Positions 36,506 through 46,012 of a stretch of DNA of 51,286 nucleotides are shown here, piece after piece (within the stretch, counting starts at the first letter, position 1; the number at the start of each line of letters is the position of its first letter). This DNA comes from Bacteroidales bacterium (lineage in GTDB: Bacteria > Bacteroidota > Bacteroidia > Bacteroidales > Muribaculaceae): contig JAQXVL010000005.1 of NCBI GenBank assembly GCA_029224905.1, positions 1 to 51,286 on the forward strand, in the 5' to 3' direction. Below the pieces are notes generated by a model that made no database searches, was not told the DNA's origin, and saw only the letters and a list, made by a program, of their open reading frames with translations. The translations under genes and the position numbers were made by a program.

Positions 36506-38943
36506 TATCTGATATTTGCTATACTAATAATGTCGGCAAACACGCCGGCGGCAGTTACTTCAGCACCGGCACCGTAGCCTTTTATCTCCATAGGATATTC
36601 CTTATATCTATCCGTCGTAATCAAAATCACATTATTGCTGCTCTCCAACGAATAGAACGGGTGACTCTGCCCTACTTCTTGCAGACCAACGCTGACCTGT
36701 CCGTTTTCGAGTTTAGCCACGAAACGCAATTTGCAGCCCTTGTCGGCAGCGGCTTTTCGACGCTGTTCAAACTCCGGCTCAATGGCTTTTATGTTCGTGT
36801 AGAACTCGTCTAACGAACCGGCGAACAACGATTCGGGGATGAACAACTGCTTGTCGACGTCGTCGGTTTCCACTCTGTAGCCGGCTTCGCGCGAAAGGAT
36901 AACAATCTTGCGAATAACGTCTTTTCCACTTAAGTCTTCGCGCGGGTCGGGTTCGCTATAACCGGCATCTTTTGCCATTTTTATAGCTTCGCCAAGCGAA
37001 ACTTTCTCGCTTACAACATTAAAGATGTAGTTTAAAGTTCCGGATATAACCGCCTCTATTTTTAGGATTTTATCGCCTGAGTTGATAAGGCTGTTTATTG
37101 TATTAATAATCGGCAATCCGGCACCGACGTTTGTTTCGAACAGGAATTTAACATCCCTGCGGCGTGCCACTTTTTTGAGCTTGTTGTAGTTTTCAAACTC
37201 CGACGATGCTGCAATTTTGTTAGCAGCCACAACATTCACGTTGTGCGACAGCAGCTCGCCGTAGAGAGCGGCAACGTCTTTGCTCGCCGTACAATCGACA
37301 AACACAGAGTTGAAGATATTCATCTTCAGCACCTCGTCGACAATCGTTTTCGGATTAGCCTCCAGCGGCGAATTGTTGAGGATTTCTTCAAATTCGTCAA
37401 TGTCAATACCACTTCTATCGAACACGCACCGACGCGAATTGGAGATACCCACCACGTTGAGCGACAGCGCCTTATCGTCGCGCAAGTTTTGCTGCTGTAA
37501 CTTGATCTGCTTAAGAAGATTGCGTCCCACATGGCCGACGCCGACAACAAACAAGTTTAGCACTTGCGTTTCCGAAAGGAAGAACGAATCGTGGATTACG
37601 TTCAACGCTTTGCGAAGGCTGTTATATTCGATAACGAACGAAATATTCGTTTCGGAAGCACCTTGTGCACAAGCGATTACGTTGATACCGTTGCGACCGA
37701 GAGTGTTGAACAACTTTCCGGCAATACCCGGAGTGTGCTTCATATTTTCGCCCACGATAGCCACAGTAGCAAGGTCGCGCTCGGCGGCAATGTTCGAAAT
37801 TTCGCCCATACAGATTTCCGTACGGAATTCCTCCTCGAGGACTTTCACAGCCAAATCAGCATCGCAATTCTTTACAGCGAACGAGGTGTTGTGTTCAGAA
37901 GATGCTTGCGACACCAAGAACACGCTGACGCCGTTCTTTGCCAACGCGTTGAAAATGCGCGAATTCACGCCGATAACTCCGACCATACCCAAGCCTGAAA
38001 CCGTAACAAGGCACGTGTCGTTAATTGAAGAAATACCCTTGATGGCTTTGCCGTATTTGGGAGGCTCTTCGTTTGTAATCCATGTGCCCGGGGCTTCGGG
38101 ATTGAATGTATTCTTGATGACGATTGGAATGTTTTTATGAAAAACCGGGTAAATCGTCGGAGGATAAATCACTTTTGCGCCGAAATTGCAAAGCTCCATA
38201 GCCTCGACAAACGACAGGCGGTCGATGACATACGCATTGCTGATAACACGCGGGTCGGCAGTCATAAACCCGTCGACGTCAGTCCAGATTTCGAGCACCG
38301 AAGCCGACAGCGACGAAGCAATGATAGCCGCCGTATAGTCGCTACCGCCACGTCCGAGGTTGGTAATGTTTCCTGTATTTTTGTCGGTCGAAATAAAGCC
38401 CGGCACAAGGGCAACACGTCCGTCAAAGTGCTCGAAAGTGCTGCAAATCAGACTTTTTGTAAGGTCAAGGTCGGCAACGTGCTTGCCGAACTGCATCTCG
38501 GTTTTTATAAAATTGCGGGAGTCAAAATGCTTTGCGCCGTCGATTACGTTGCTCACGATTACCGACGACAAGCGCTCGCCGTAGCTGACGATGATGTCCA
38601 ACGTGCGCTGCGACAAGTCTTTAATGAGCGCAACTCCACGATAGATGTTGCCAAGCTCCTCAAGTAGCGGGTCGGTTGTCGACCGCACATCCAGCTGACG
38701 CTCGGGCGCTACAATGCCTGCAATCACGCTGTTATGACGCTCTATGATTTGAGAATAGTTGCTCAAATAGCCGACGTCGCCGAGCGATGCCAACTTGGCA
38801 GTTTTGATTAGCAAATCCGTTATACCGCCCAATGCAGAAACGACAACGATGCATTGCTCGTTGCTACTTTCCACTATCTTCTTTACGTTCGATATGCTTT
38901 GCACACTGCCTACCGAGGTGCCACCAAACTTTAATACTTTCAT
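36505..38943 (-). CDS. thrA: Bifunctional aspartokinase / homoserine dehydrogenase
   Basis: 812 aa. Starts MKVLKFGGTSVG, with GRGGSDYTAA, ACT-domain region, NAD-binding FVVGVGHVG and the homoserine dehydrogenase catalytic domain. Confidence 0.93.
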   Translation of the reverse strand: MKVLKFGGTSVGSVQSISNVKKIVESSNEQCIVVVSALGGITDLLIKTAKLASLGDVGYLSNYSQIIERHNSVIAGIVAPERQLDVRSTTDPLLEELGNIYRGVALIKDLSQRTLDIIVSYGERLSSVIVSNVIDGAKHFDSRNFIKTEMQFGKHVADLDLTKSLICSTFEHFDGRVALVPGFISTDKNTGNITNLGRGGSDYTAAIIASSLSASVLEIWTDVDGFMTADPRVISNAYVIDRLSFVEAMELCNFGAKVIYPPTIYPVFHKNIPIVIKNTFNPEAPGTWITNEEPPKYGKAIKGISSINDTCLVTVSGLGMVGVIGVNSRIFNALAKNGVSVFLVSQASSEHNTSFAVKNCDADLAVKVLEEEFRTEICMGEISNIAAERDLATVAIVGENMKHTPGIAGKLFNTLGRNGINVIACAQGASETNISFVIEYNSLRKALNVIHDSFFLSETQVLNLFVVGVGHVGRNLLKQIKLQQQNLRDDKALSLNVVGISNSRRCVFDRSGIDIDEFEEILNNSPLEANPKTIVDEVLKMNIFNSVFVDCTASKDVAALYGELLSHNVNVVAANKIAASSEFENYNKLKKVARRRDVKFLFETNVGAGLPIINTINSLINSGDKILKIEAVISGTLNYIFNVVSEKVSLGEAIKMAKDAGYSEPDPREDLSGKDVIRKIVILSREAGYRVETDDVDKQLFIPESLFAGSLDEFYTNIKAIEPEFEQRRKAAADKGCKLRFVAKLENGQVSVGLQEVGQSHPFYSLESSNNVILITTDRYKEYPMEIKGYGAGAEVTAAGVFADIISIANIR

Positions 38944-39138
38944 TATATTTATACTAAATATGCATTATCATTAAAATATCGTGTAAAGTTACTAATTTAT
39001 AACTAAACACAATTATATTTTTGGCAAATTATCAAATTTCACCACCAAAAACGGCTTAATTTTTGCCAATTGGAGCTTTTTTGGCGCAAAATACCCGACT
39101 TTGAACTTGCGAAACGGTATAAAAATAGCGACGGCGCC

Positions 39139-39819
39139 CTACTCTTTGATTTCGTCAGCCAATGCCTGCCAGAGACGGTCGTCGGGCAACGGAGCCACAA
39201 CGTCGATGAGTTGTTTCGACACGGGATGGACAAACGAAATTCGATGCGACTGCAACGAAATGCTGCCATCTGGGTTACTACGTCGCGAACCGTATTTCAA
39301 ATCGCCTTTAATCGGGCAACCGATTGCAGAAAGTTGCACGCGGATTTGATGCTTGCGACCGGTATGCAGATTCACTTCCAACAACGAATAGTTGTCGCCG
39401 CGAGCCAACACTCGGTAGTCCAGCTCCGCTTTCAGCAAACCTTCGGCGGGCTGCAACGATGCATACGATTTGTTGTTGCGCTCGACGGTTTTGATATAAT
39501 GAGTCAACGTGTCGCTCTGCTTGATTGGCGCATTTTTAACCAAAGCCCAATAGACCTTCTTGACTTCCCGCTTTTGAAATAGTTCGTTCATCCTCGACAG
39601 AGCCTTGCTCGTCTTGGCAAAAACCACCAAACCGCTCACCGGGCGGTCGATGCGATGGACAACACCGCAAAATACGTTGCCAGGCTTGGCATATTTTTCT
39701 TTCAGATAGTCGCGCACGATGTCGACAAGCGGCTTGTCGCCGGTCTTGTCGCCCTGCACGATTTCGCCGGGGGCTTTGTTGACGATTATCAGATGATTGT
39801 CTTCGTAAACTACTTGCAT
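39139..39819 (-). CDS. RluA-family 23S/tRNA pseudouridine synthase
   Basis: Motifs YEDNHLIIVNKAPG, VHRIDRPVSGLVVFAKT (catalytic Asp) and HQIRVQL. The start is taken at MQVVYED (39819), just after the recQ stop at 39824. There is no S4 domain. Confidence 0.88.
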   Translation of the reverse strand: MQVVYEDNHLIIVNKAPGEIVQGDKTGDKPLVDIVRDYLKEKYAKPGNVFCGVVHRIDRPVSGLVVFAKTSKALSRMNELFQKREVKKVYWALVKNAPIKQSDTLTHYIKTVERNNKSYASLQPAEGLLKAELDYRVLARGDNYSLLEVNLHTGRKHQIRVQLSAIGCPIKGDLKYGSRRSNPDGSISLQSHRISFVHPVSKQLIDVVAPLPDDRLWQALADEIKE

Positions 39820-39823
39820 ATCG

Positions 39824-42016
39824 TTAGTTGCCCATTTCCGACAAGAACTTGATGCGAACAAGTCGGATTTCGTCTTCGGTGTAGTCGCTGCCTAATTCTT
39901 GTATTGCGCATTCGAGGTCGTCGCTTTCGCTTTCTTTAAAGTATTCGACAATGTCCTCCATATGATCATCGTCCATCACCTCGTTAATATAGTAATCAAT
40001 ATTAATCTTCGTTCCGGAATAGACGATTGCTTCGATTTCGTCGAGCAGCTCGTTAAACTCGAGACCTTTCGATTCGGCGAGCTCATCGAGAGCGATTTTG
40101 CGGTCGATGCCTTGAATAATCGAAATTTTCATCTTGCTCTTATTGGCAACAGTCTTTACTCTCAAGTCTTCGGGACGCTCAATTTCGTTCTCTTCGACGT
40201 GCTGCTTGATTACATTGACAAAATCCGAACCGTATCGGCGAGCTTTTCCTGCGCCAACACCGGGAATTGTCTGGAGTTCCTCGAGTGAAATGGGATAAGT
40301 TGTAGCCATTGCTTCGAGCGACACGTCTTGGAAAATGACGTACGGCGGCAATTCAAGTCGTTTTGCAATTTTTTTGCGCAAATCTTTCAATATCGAATAG
40401 AGCTCCGGGTCGACGGCACAAGAGCCGCCACTCTTCATTATCGCTTCTTCGACATCTTCGTTATATTCGTTATCTTCAACTATTTTGAATGATTTAGGAT
40501 TGTCTAAAAACTCAAGTCCTTTTTTTGTCACTTTGAGCAGACCATAGTTTTCGATATCCTTATCCAAATATCCGGCTATAATAGCTTGATGGATAACGGC
40601 AGTGAGAAGTCGGTCGTTGTCGGCGTCTTGACATCCGAACACTTCCAGTTCGTTATGCTTATACGATTTAACTTCCGAGGTTTCTTTACCTGTCATCACA
40701 TCGACCACATAGTCGGTCTTAAATTTTTCCTTCAAAGCGACTACCGTTTCGATAGTCGCACAAAGTTCATCTTTTGCTTCCAATTTCTTTTTCGGGTTTA
40801 TACAATTATCGCAATTACCGCAATTATCTTCTTTATATTCTTCACCGAAATAATAAAGAAGAGTTTTGCGTCGGCAGACCGAAGATTCACAGTACGAAGC
40901 TGTTTCGGCGAGCAACTGCTTGCCAATCTCTTGTTCGGCTATAGGCTTGCCTTGCATAAATTTTTCGAGTTTTTGCAAGTCTTTGCTTGTGTAGAAAGCA
41001 ATGCATTGCCCTTCGCCACCGTCTCTGCCGGCACGGCCGGTTTCCTGATAATAGCCCTCAAGGCTTTTTGGTATGTCGTAATGAATTACATATCTGACAT
41101 CCGGTTTATCTATTCCCATGCCAAAAGCGATTGTTGCCACAATCACATCGACATTTTCGAGCAAAAAAGCGTCTTGGTTGGCGTTTCTGACAGCGCTATC
41201 CATTCCCGCATGGTAGGGCAACGCTTTGATGTTGTTTACCACCAACGTCTGCGTCAACTCTTCAACTTTTTTGCGACTTAAACAATAAATTATTCCTGAT
41301 TTCCCTTCTTGCGATTTTATGTATTTTATAATGTCCTTATCAATGTTTTTCGTTTTCGGTCGAACTTCATAATAGAGGTTGGGTCGATTGAACGACGATT
41401 TGAAAACTTTGGCATTCTGCATTCCCAAATTTTTCTGGATATCGTGCTGCACCTTAGGAGTTGCGGTAGCCGTAAGGGCGATAACCGGGCGTACACCCAG
41501 CTCGTTGATTATTGGGCGGATTCGACGATATTCCGGGCGAAAATCGTGTCCCCACTCTGAAATACAGTGCGCTTCATCGACGGCGTAGAATGATATTTTT
41601 ACAGTCTTCAGAAATTCCACATTTTCTTCTTTCGTGAGCGATTCGGGGGCTACGTAGAGAAGCTTAGTCTTTCCGAGTGTAATATCGTTCTTCACTTGGT
41701 CGATGGCAGACTTGTTGAGCGAAGAATTGAGGAAATGCGCAATTCCGTCGTCGGTGCTGAAATTTCGCATCGCATCGACCTGGTTTTTCATTAGAGCTAT
41801 CAATGGCGAGATTACAATAGCTGTACCGTCCATCATCAGCGAAGGCAACTGGTAGCACAGCGACTTTCCGCCTCCGGTAGGCATTAGCACAAATGTGTCG
41901 TTCCCCGAGAGGAGATTATTGATTATCTCCTCTTGGTTCCCCTTAAATGTGGCAAATCCGAAATACTCTTTCAGTTTCGCTATCAAATCTTTTTTCTGCA
42001 CCATAAGACAACCCAT
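39824..42016 (-). CDS. recQ: ATP-dependent DNA helicase RecQ
   Basis: Motifs FGFATFKGNQEEII, MPTGGGKSLCYQLP, DEAHCISEWGHDFRPEY, TATAT and IAFGMGIDKPDVR. Also a Zn-binding C..C..C..C module, RQC and an HRDC domain (YVIFQDVSLEAMA). An alternative start is at 42004 (MVQKK). Confidence 0.93.
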   Translation of the reverse strand: MGCLMVQKKDLIAKLKEYFGFATFKGNQEEIINNLLSGNDTFVLMPTGGGKSLCYQLPSLMMDGTAIVISPLIALMKNQVDAMRNFSTDDGIAHFLNSSLNKSAIDQVKNDITLGKTKLLYVAPESLTKEENVEFLKTVKISFYAVDEAHCISEWGHDFRPEYRRIRPIINELGVRPVIALTATATPKVQHDIQKNLGMQNAKVFKSSFNRPNLYYEVRPKTKNIDKDIIKYIKSQEGKSGIIYCLSRKKVEELTQTLVVNNIKALPYHAGMDSAVRNANQDAFLLENVDVIVATIAFGMGIDKPDVRYVIHYDIPKSLEGYYQETGRAGRDGGEGQCIAFYTSKDLQKLEKFMQGKPIAEQEIGKQLLAETASYCESSVCRRKTLLYYFGEEYKEDNCGNCDNCINPKKKLEAKDELCATIETVVALKEKFKTDYVVDVMTGKETSEVKSYKHNELEVFGCQDADNDRLLTAVIHQAIIAGYLDKDIENYGLLKVTKKGLEFLDNPKSFKIVEDNEYNEDVEEAIMKSGGSCAVDPELYSILKDLRKKIAKRLELPPYVIFQDVSLEAMATTYPISLEELQTIPGVGAGKARRYGSDFVNVIKQHVEENEIERPEDLRVKTVANKSKMKISIIQGIDRKIALDELAESKGLEFNELLDEIEAIVYSGTKINIDYYINEVMDDDHMEDIVEYFKESESDDLECAIQELGSDYTEDEIRLVRIKFLSEMGN

Positions 42017-42029
42017 TCTTATATGTTTA

Positions 42030-42037
42030 CAAAACTA
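42030..42037 (-). promoter_or_regulatory. -7 promoter box TAGTTTTG (minus strand) upstream of recQ
   Basis: The + strand reads CAAAACTA, an exact TAnnTTTG on the coding strand in the 59-nt clpX-recQ gap. Confidence 0.35.
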
Positions 42038-42075
42038 AGAAATTTATTGGTAGTGTGCAAATAATTTTGATGTTT

Positions 42076-43311
42076 TTATTGCATTGCATCAAAATTGGCT
42101 TTTTCCAATCGTTCTTTTGCGTAATCATATTCGACCGTGAAGGTTTTCGACTTCGACGAAGGAGCCTCATACATTGCGTCAATCATTATCGTTTCCATCA
42201 TCGAGCGCAATCCGCGTGCTCCGAGCTTATATTCTATAGCCTTGTCGACAATCAAATCTAACACGCCTTCGCCGTATTTCAGCTCGATGCCATCCATCTT
42301 AAACAGTTTTTCATACTGTTTGACGATAGCATTTTTCGGCTCGGTCAAGATTCGCTTCAGCGCTTCTCTATCCAACGGCTCGAGGTTTGTAAGAATCGGA
42401 AGTCGTCCGATAATCTCGGGGATAAGTCCGAAAGAGCGCAAATCTTGCGGAGTGACAAACGACATAAGGTTTTCGCGTTGGAATTTGCGTTTTGTCAAGT
42501 CGGAGCCATAGCCAACGGTATGCGTATTCAATCGCTGAGCAATTTTTCGCTCTATACCTTCGAATGCGCCGCCGCAAATAAATAGAATGTTTTTCGTGTC
42601 GACGGCTATCATTTTCTGTTCCGGATGCTTTCTTCCACCGTTTGGCGGCACGTTGACAATCGAGCCTTCAAGCAGCTTGAGCAAGCCTTGCTGTACGCCT
42701 TCGCCGCTGACGTCGCGAGTAATCGACGGGTTGTCGCCTTTTCGGGCAATTTTGTCGATTTCGTCGATAAACACGATGCCGCGCTCAGCCTCTTTGACGT
42801 TGTAGTCGCAAGCCTGCAGCAGACGGACCAACAGGCTCTCGATATCCTCGCCAACGTATCCGGCTTCGGTCAGCACGGTTGCATCAACGATAGCAAACGG
42901 CACTTTCAGCAGTTTGGCAATCGTCTTGGCAAGCAAAGTTTTGCCCGTACCGGTCGGACCGACCATCACAATGTTGCTTTTTTCGATTTCGACGTTATCG
43001 TCGGTTTTGGGTTGGCAAAGACGTTTGTAATGGTTGTAGACAGCCACTGCCAAAAATTTCTTGGCAGTATCTTGTCCTATTACATAATTATTAAGGTATT
43101 CCACAATCTCCTTCGGAGTCGGCAACTTTCCGAAATCGGGAAGTTGGTCGTTTTGTGCCGGAGCATTTTCGGAATAATAGTTTTCCAAGCACGCATAAGC
43201 CGAGCGAATACAGTTTTCGCAGATTGCGCCGCCATCCATCGACGGCAACATCAATTCTGCCGGTTGTCCGCAGAAGCTACATACGCCTGACGGTGTTTTC
43301 TTTTTTGCCAT
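42076..43311 (-). CDS. clpX: ATP-dependent Clp protease ATP-binding subunit ClpX
   Basis: N-terminal zinc finger (CSFCG...CENC), Walker [12 protein letters not shown], Walker B VFIDEIDK and IPEIIGRLP. Length is 411 aa. Confidence 0.95.
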   Translation of the reverse strand: MAKKKTPSGVCSFCGQPAELMLPSMDGGAICENCIRSAYACLENYYSENAPAQNDQLPDFGKLPTPKEIVEYLNNYVIGQDTAKKFLAVAVYNHYKRLCQPKTDDNVEIEKSNIVMVGPTGTGKTLLAKTIAKLLKVPFAIVDATVLTEAGYVGEDIESLLVRLLQACDYNVKEAERGIVFIDEIDKIARKGDNPSITRDVSGEGVQQGLLKLLEGSIVNVPPNGGRKHPEQKMIAVDTKNILFICGGAFEGIERKIAQRLNTHTVGYGSDLTKRKFQRENLMSFVTPQDLRSFGLIPEIIGRLPILTNLEPLDREALKRILTEPKNAIVKQYEKLFKMDGIELKYGEGVLDLIVDKAIEYKLGARGLRSMMETIMIDAMYEAPSSKSKTFTVEYDYAKERLEKANFDAMQ

Positions 43312-43313
43312 TA

Positions 43314-43982
43314 TTATGCGTTCTTTGTCAAAACCTTATCAATCATACCGTATTCCAATGCCTCTTGAGCGGTCATCCAGTAATCGCGGTCGCCGTCTTT
43401 CGCCACTTGCTCGAACGGCTTGCCGGAATGTTCGGAAATGATAGTATAAAGTTCGTTCTTTATCTTGAGAATCTCGCGAGCTGTAATTTCGATATCGGAA
43501 GCCTGTCCTTGGACGCCACCCAGCGGTTGGTGAATCATCACGCGCGAATGCTTCAGCGCAAAGCGCTTGCCTTGAGCACCGGCAACGAGCAGCACGGCAG
43601 CCATCGACGCAGCCATACCCGTGCAGATTGTCTTAACGTCGCACGAGATGTATTGCATCGTGTCGTAGATACCATATCCGGCATAGACCGACCCGCCGGG
43701 AGAGTTAATGTAAATCGAAATATCTTTACCCGGGTCGGAAGAGTCAAGATAAAGCAATTGAGCTTGGATTACGTTTGCCGCATAGTCGTCAACCTGCGTT
43801 CCCAAGAAGATAATACGGTCCATCATCAGACGCGAGAACACATCCATTTGAGCAACGTTCAACTGACGTTCCTCTATAATTGTCGGAGAGATATAGCTAC
43901 TTGTTATCTTTGCATAGTCGTCAAAAACTTGTCCGTTTATGCCACGATGTTTTACAGCATAATCCCTAAAATCATTCTTCAT
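43314..43982 (-). CDS. clpP: ATP-dependent Clp protease proteolytic subunit ClpP
   Basis: Motifs [25 protein letters not shown] (catalytic Ser), IHQP and D..RD.WM.A.EA..YG. Length is 222 aa. Confidence 0.95.
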   Translation of the reverse strand: MKNDFRDYAVKHRGINGQVFDDYAKITSSYISPTIIEERQLNVAQMDVFSRLMMDRIIFLGTQVDDYAANVIQAQLLYLDSSDPGKDISIYINSPGGSVYAGYGIYDTMQYISCDVKTICTGMAASMAAVLLVAGAQGKRFALKHSRVMIHQPLGGVQGQASDIEITAREILKIKNELYTIISEHSGKPFEQVAKDGDRDYWMTAQEALEYGMIDKVLTKNA

Positions 43983-44009
43983 ACTTTCTTATTTTTGGTA
44001 ATTCTAATG

Positions 44010-44017
44010 CAAATGTA
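44010..44017 (-). promoter_or_regulatory. -7 promoter box TACATTTG (minus strand) for clpP-clpX
   Basis: The + strand reads CAAATGTA, an exact TAnnTTTG 28 nt upstream of the clpP ATG (43982). Confidence 0.45.
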
Positions 44018-44184
44018 AGCAAAATTCGTGAGATATCACATAGGCAAGATAAAGAATTCATTTTTCTTCGAGCGAAAACGCTCCTTTAATTCTTCCCATC
44101 TCAACTTTCCCGCCTCTTACCTCTTACCTCTCACCTAACTTCAAAATAATTGCTTATTTTTTTCCGTATTAATTAATTGTTCCT

Positions 44185-44192
44185 TAAATTTG
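44185..44192 (+). promoter_or_regulatory. -7 promoter box TAAATTTG upstream of fumarate hydratase
   Basis: Exact TAnnTTTG 32 nt upstream of the ATG at 44224. Confidence 0.45.
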
Positions 44193-44223
44193 CAGAACGA
44201 CAAAAACATCTAAAAAAATTCAT

Positions 44224-45861
44224 ATGGCTACAACAGAGTTTAAGTTCAGTCACATGTTTCAATTAGGAAAGGACGAAACCGAGTACTATTTGTTAACAAA
44301 AGACCATGTATCAGTTGGCGAATTCGAAGGCAAACCTATTCTGAAGGTTGCACCCGAAGGACTTACCGCGATGGCGCGTGCGGCATTCCGCGACGTGTCT
44401 TTTATGCTTCGCCGTTCACACAACGAGCAAGTTGCACGCATTCTTCACGACCCGGAAGCGTCTGAGAACGACAAATATGTCGCACTTCAATTCCTTCGCA
44501 ATGCCGAAGTGTCAGTTCGCGGCGTTCTTCCTCTCTGCCAAGACACCGGCACAGCTATTATCCACGGCGAAAAAGGTCAGCAAGTGTGGACAGGCTACTG
44601 CGACGAAGAAGCCCTTTCGCTCGGCGTTTTCAAGACTTATACCGAAGAGAATCTCAGGTATTCGCAGAATGCACCGCTTTCTATGTATGAAGAGGTCAAC
44701 ACTCGTTGCAACTTGCCGGCACAAATCGACATCGAAGCCACTCAAGGAATGGAATACAAATTCTTGTGCGTCACCAAAGGCGGCGGCTCGGCTAACAAAA
44801 CTTATCTCTACCAAGAAACAAAAGCAATTCTCAATCCGGCTACTCTTGTGCCTTTCCTCGTAGAAAAGATGAAGACCCTCGGCACAGCTGCTTGCCCGCC
44901 CTATCACATCGCTTTCGTTATCGGTGGTACTTCGGCTGAGAAAAATCTGCTCACTGTAAAACTCGCTTCAACGCACTACTATGACAACCTCCCGACCACC
45001 GGCGACGAAACAGGACGTGCGTTCCGCGACATCGAGCTCGAGAAGGAAGTGCTTCGCCAAGCGCACAACGTAGGCTTAGGTGCACAATTCGGCGGCAAAT
45101 ACCTTGCTCACGACATACGCATTGTCCGACTTCCGCGTCACGGCGCTTCGTGCCCCGTAGGTATGGGCGTTTCTTGCTCTGCTGATAGAAATATCAAGTG
45201 TAAAATCAACCGCGACGGCATTTGGATTGAGCGTCTCGACTCCAACCCGGGCGAACTTATTCCCGAAGAATTGCGACGTCAAGGCGAAGGCGACGTCGTT
45301 AGAATCGACCTCGACCAACCTATGGAGAACATTCTCGCTGAATTGTCAAAATATCCCGTATCGACACGCTTGTCGCTCAACGGAACCATCATCGTTGCTC
45401 GCGACATTGCTCACGCACGCCTCAAAGAACGCCTCGACCGCGGCGAAGAGCTCCCCGACTATTTCAAGAACCATCCTGTCTACTATGCCGGTCCGGCAAA
45501 GACACCGGAAGGCATGCCTTGCGGCTCTATGGGACCGACCACGGCAGGCCGTATGGACCCATACGTCGACCTCTTCCAAAGCCACGGCGGCTCGATGGTT
45601 ATGCTCGCAAAAGGCAACCGCTCGCAGCAAGTCACTGACGCTTGTCATCGTCACGGCGGATTCTATCTCGGTAGCATCGGCGGTCCTGCAGCTATCTTGG
45701 CTCAAAACAACATCAAGAGCATCGAGTGCGTAGAATATCCCGAACTCGGTATGGAAGCCATTTGGAAAATCAAAGTTGTCGACTTCCCGGCATTCATCCT
45801 TGTCGACAATAAAGGCAACGACTTCTTCAAGCAAATCAAGCCTCGTTGTCTGATGGCTTAA
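44224..45861 (+). CDS. Class I (Fe-S dependent) fumarate hydratase, fused alpha/beta type
   Basis: 545 aa. Motifs [44 protein letters not shown] and KGNRS. These are typical of the FumA/FumB/tartrate dehydratase family. Confidence 0.92.
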   Translation: MATTEFKFSHMFQLGKDETEYYLLTKDHVSVGEFEGKPILKVAPEGLTAMARAAFRDVSFMLRRSHNEQVARILHDPEASENDKYVALQFLRNAEVSVRGVLPLCQDTGTAIIHGEKGQQVWTGYCDEEALSLGVFKTYTEENLRYSQNAPLSMYEEVNTRCNLPAQIDIEATQGMEYKFLCVTKGGGSANKTYLYQETKAILNPATLVPFLVEKMKTLGTAACPPYHIAFVIGGTSAEKNLLTVKLASTHYYDNLPTTGDETGRAFRDIELEKEVLRQAHNVGLGAQFGGKYLAHDIRIVRLPRHGASCPVGMGVSCSADRNIKCKINRDGIWIERLDSNPGELIPEELRRQGEGDVVRIDLDQPMENILAELSKYPVSTRLSLNGTIIVARDIAHARLKERLDRGEELPDYFKNHPVYYAGPAKTPEGMPCGSMGPTTAGRMDPYVDLFQSHGGSMVMLAKGNRSQQVTDACHRHGGFYLGSIGGPAAILAQNNIKSIECVEYPELGMEAIWKIKVVDFPAFILVDNKGNDFFKQIKPRCLMA

Positions 45862-45890
45862 AAAATCGTTAAATAAAGGCTTTTAAATAA

Positions 45891-45932
45891 GGAGACGTAA
45901 GCGCCATTTACAGGTGCTTACGTCTCCTTTTC
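45891..45932 (+). terminator. Rho-independent terminator after fumarate hydratase
   Basis: A 12-bp perfect stem GGAGACGTAAGC / GCTTACGTCTCC within 45891-45927, followed by TTTTCG. Confidence 0.8.
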
Positions 45933-46012
45933 GTAACACAGCTAATCGTCCTGAAATTTGCTCGGTTCGCCGATTTTGCCTATCTTCGCAGTCAGAAAAA
46001 AAGCGAAATCTT

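Noticed and set aside
38944-39138. 195-nt region upstream of thrA, examined for a thr-type leader peptide/attenuator, a riboswitch or a promoter box.
   Set aside because: There are only weak 5-bp hairpins and a trivial 5-codon ORF (MIMHI). No exact TAnnTTTG is present, and I recognised no riboswitch core (lysine, SAM or T-box). It probably holds the rluA terminator region and the thrA promoter, but I cannot place either.
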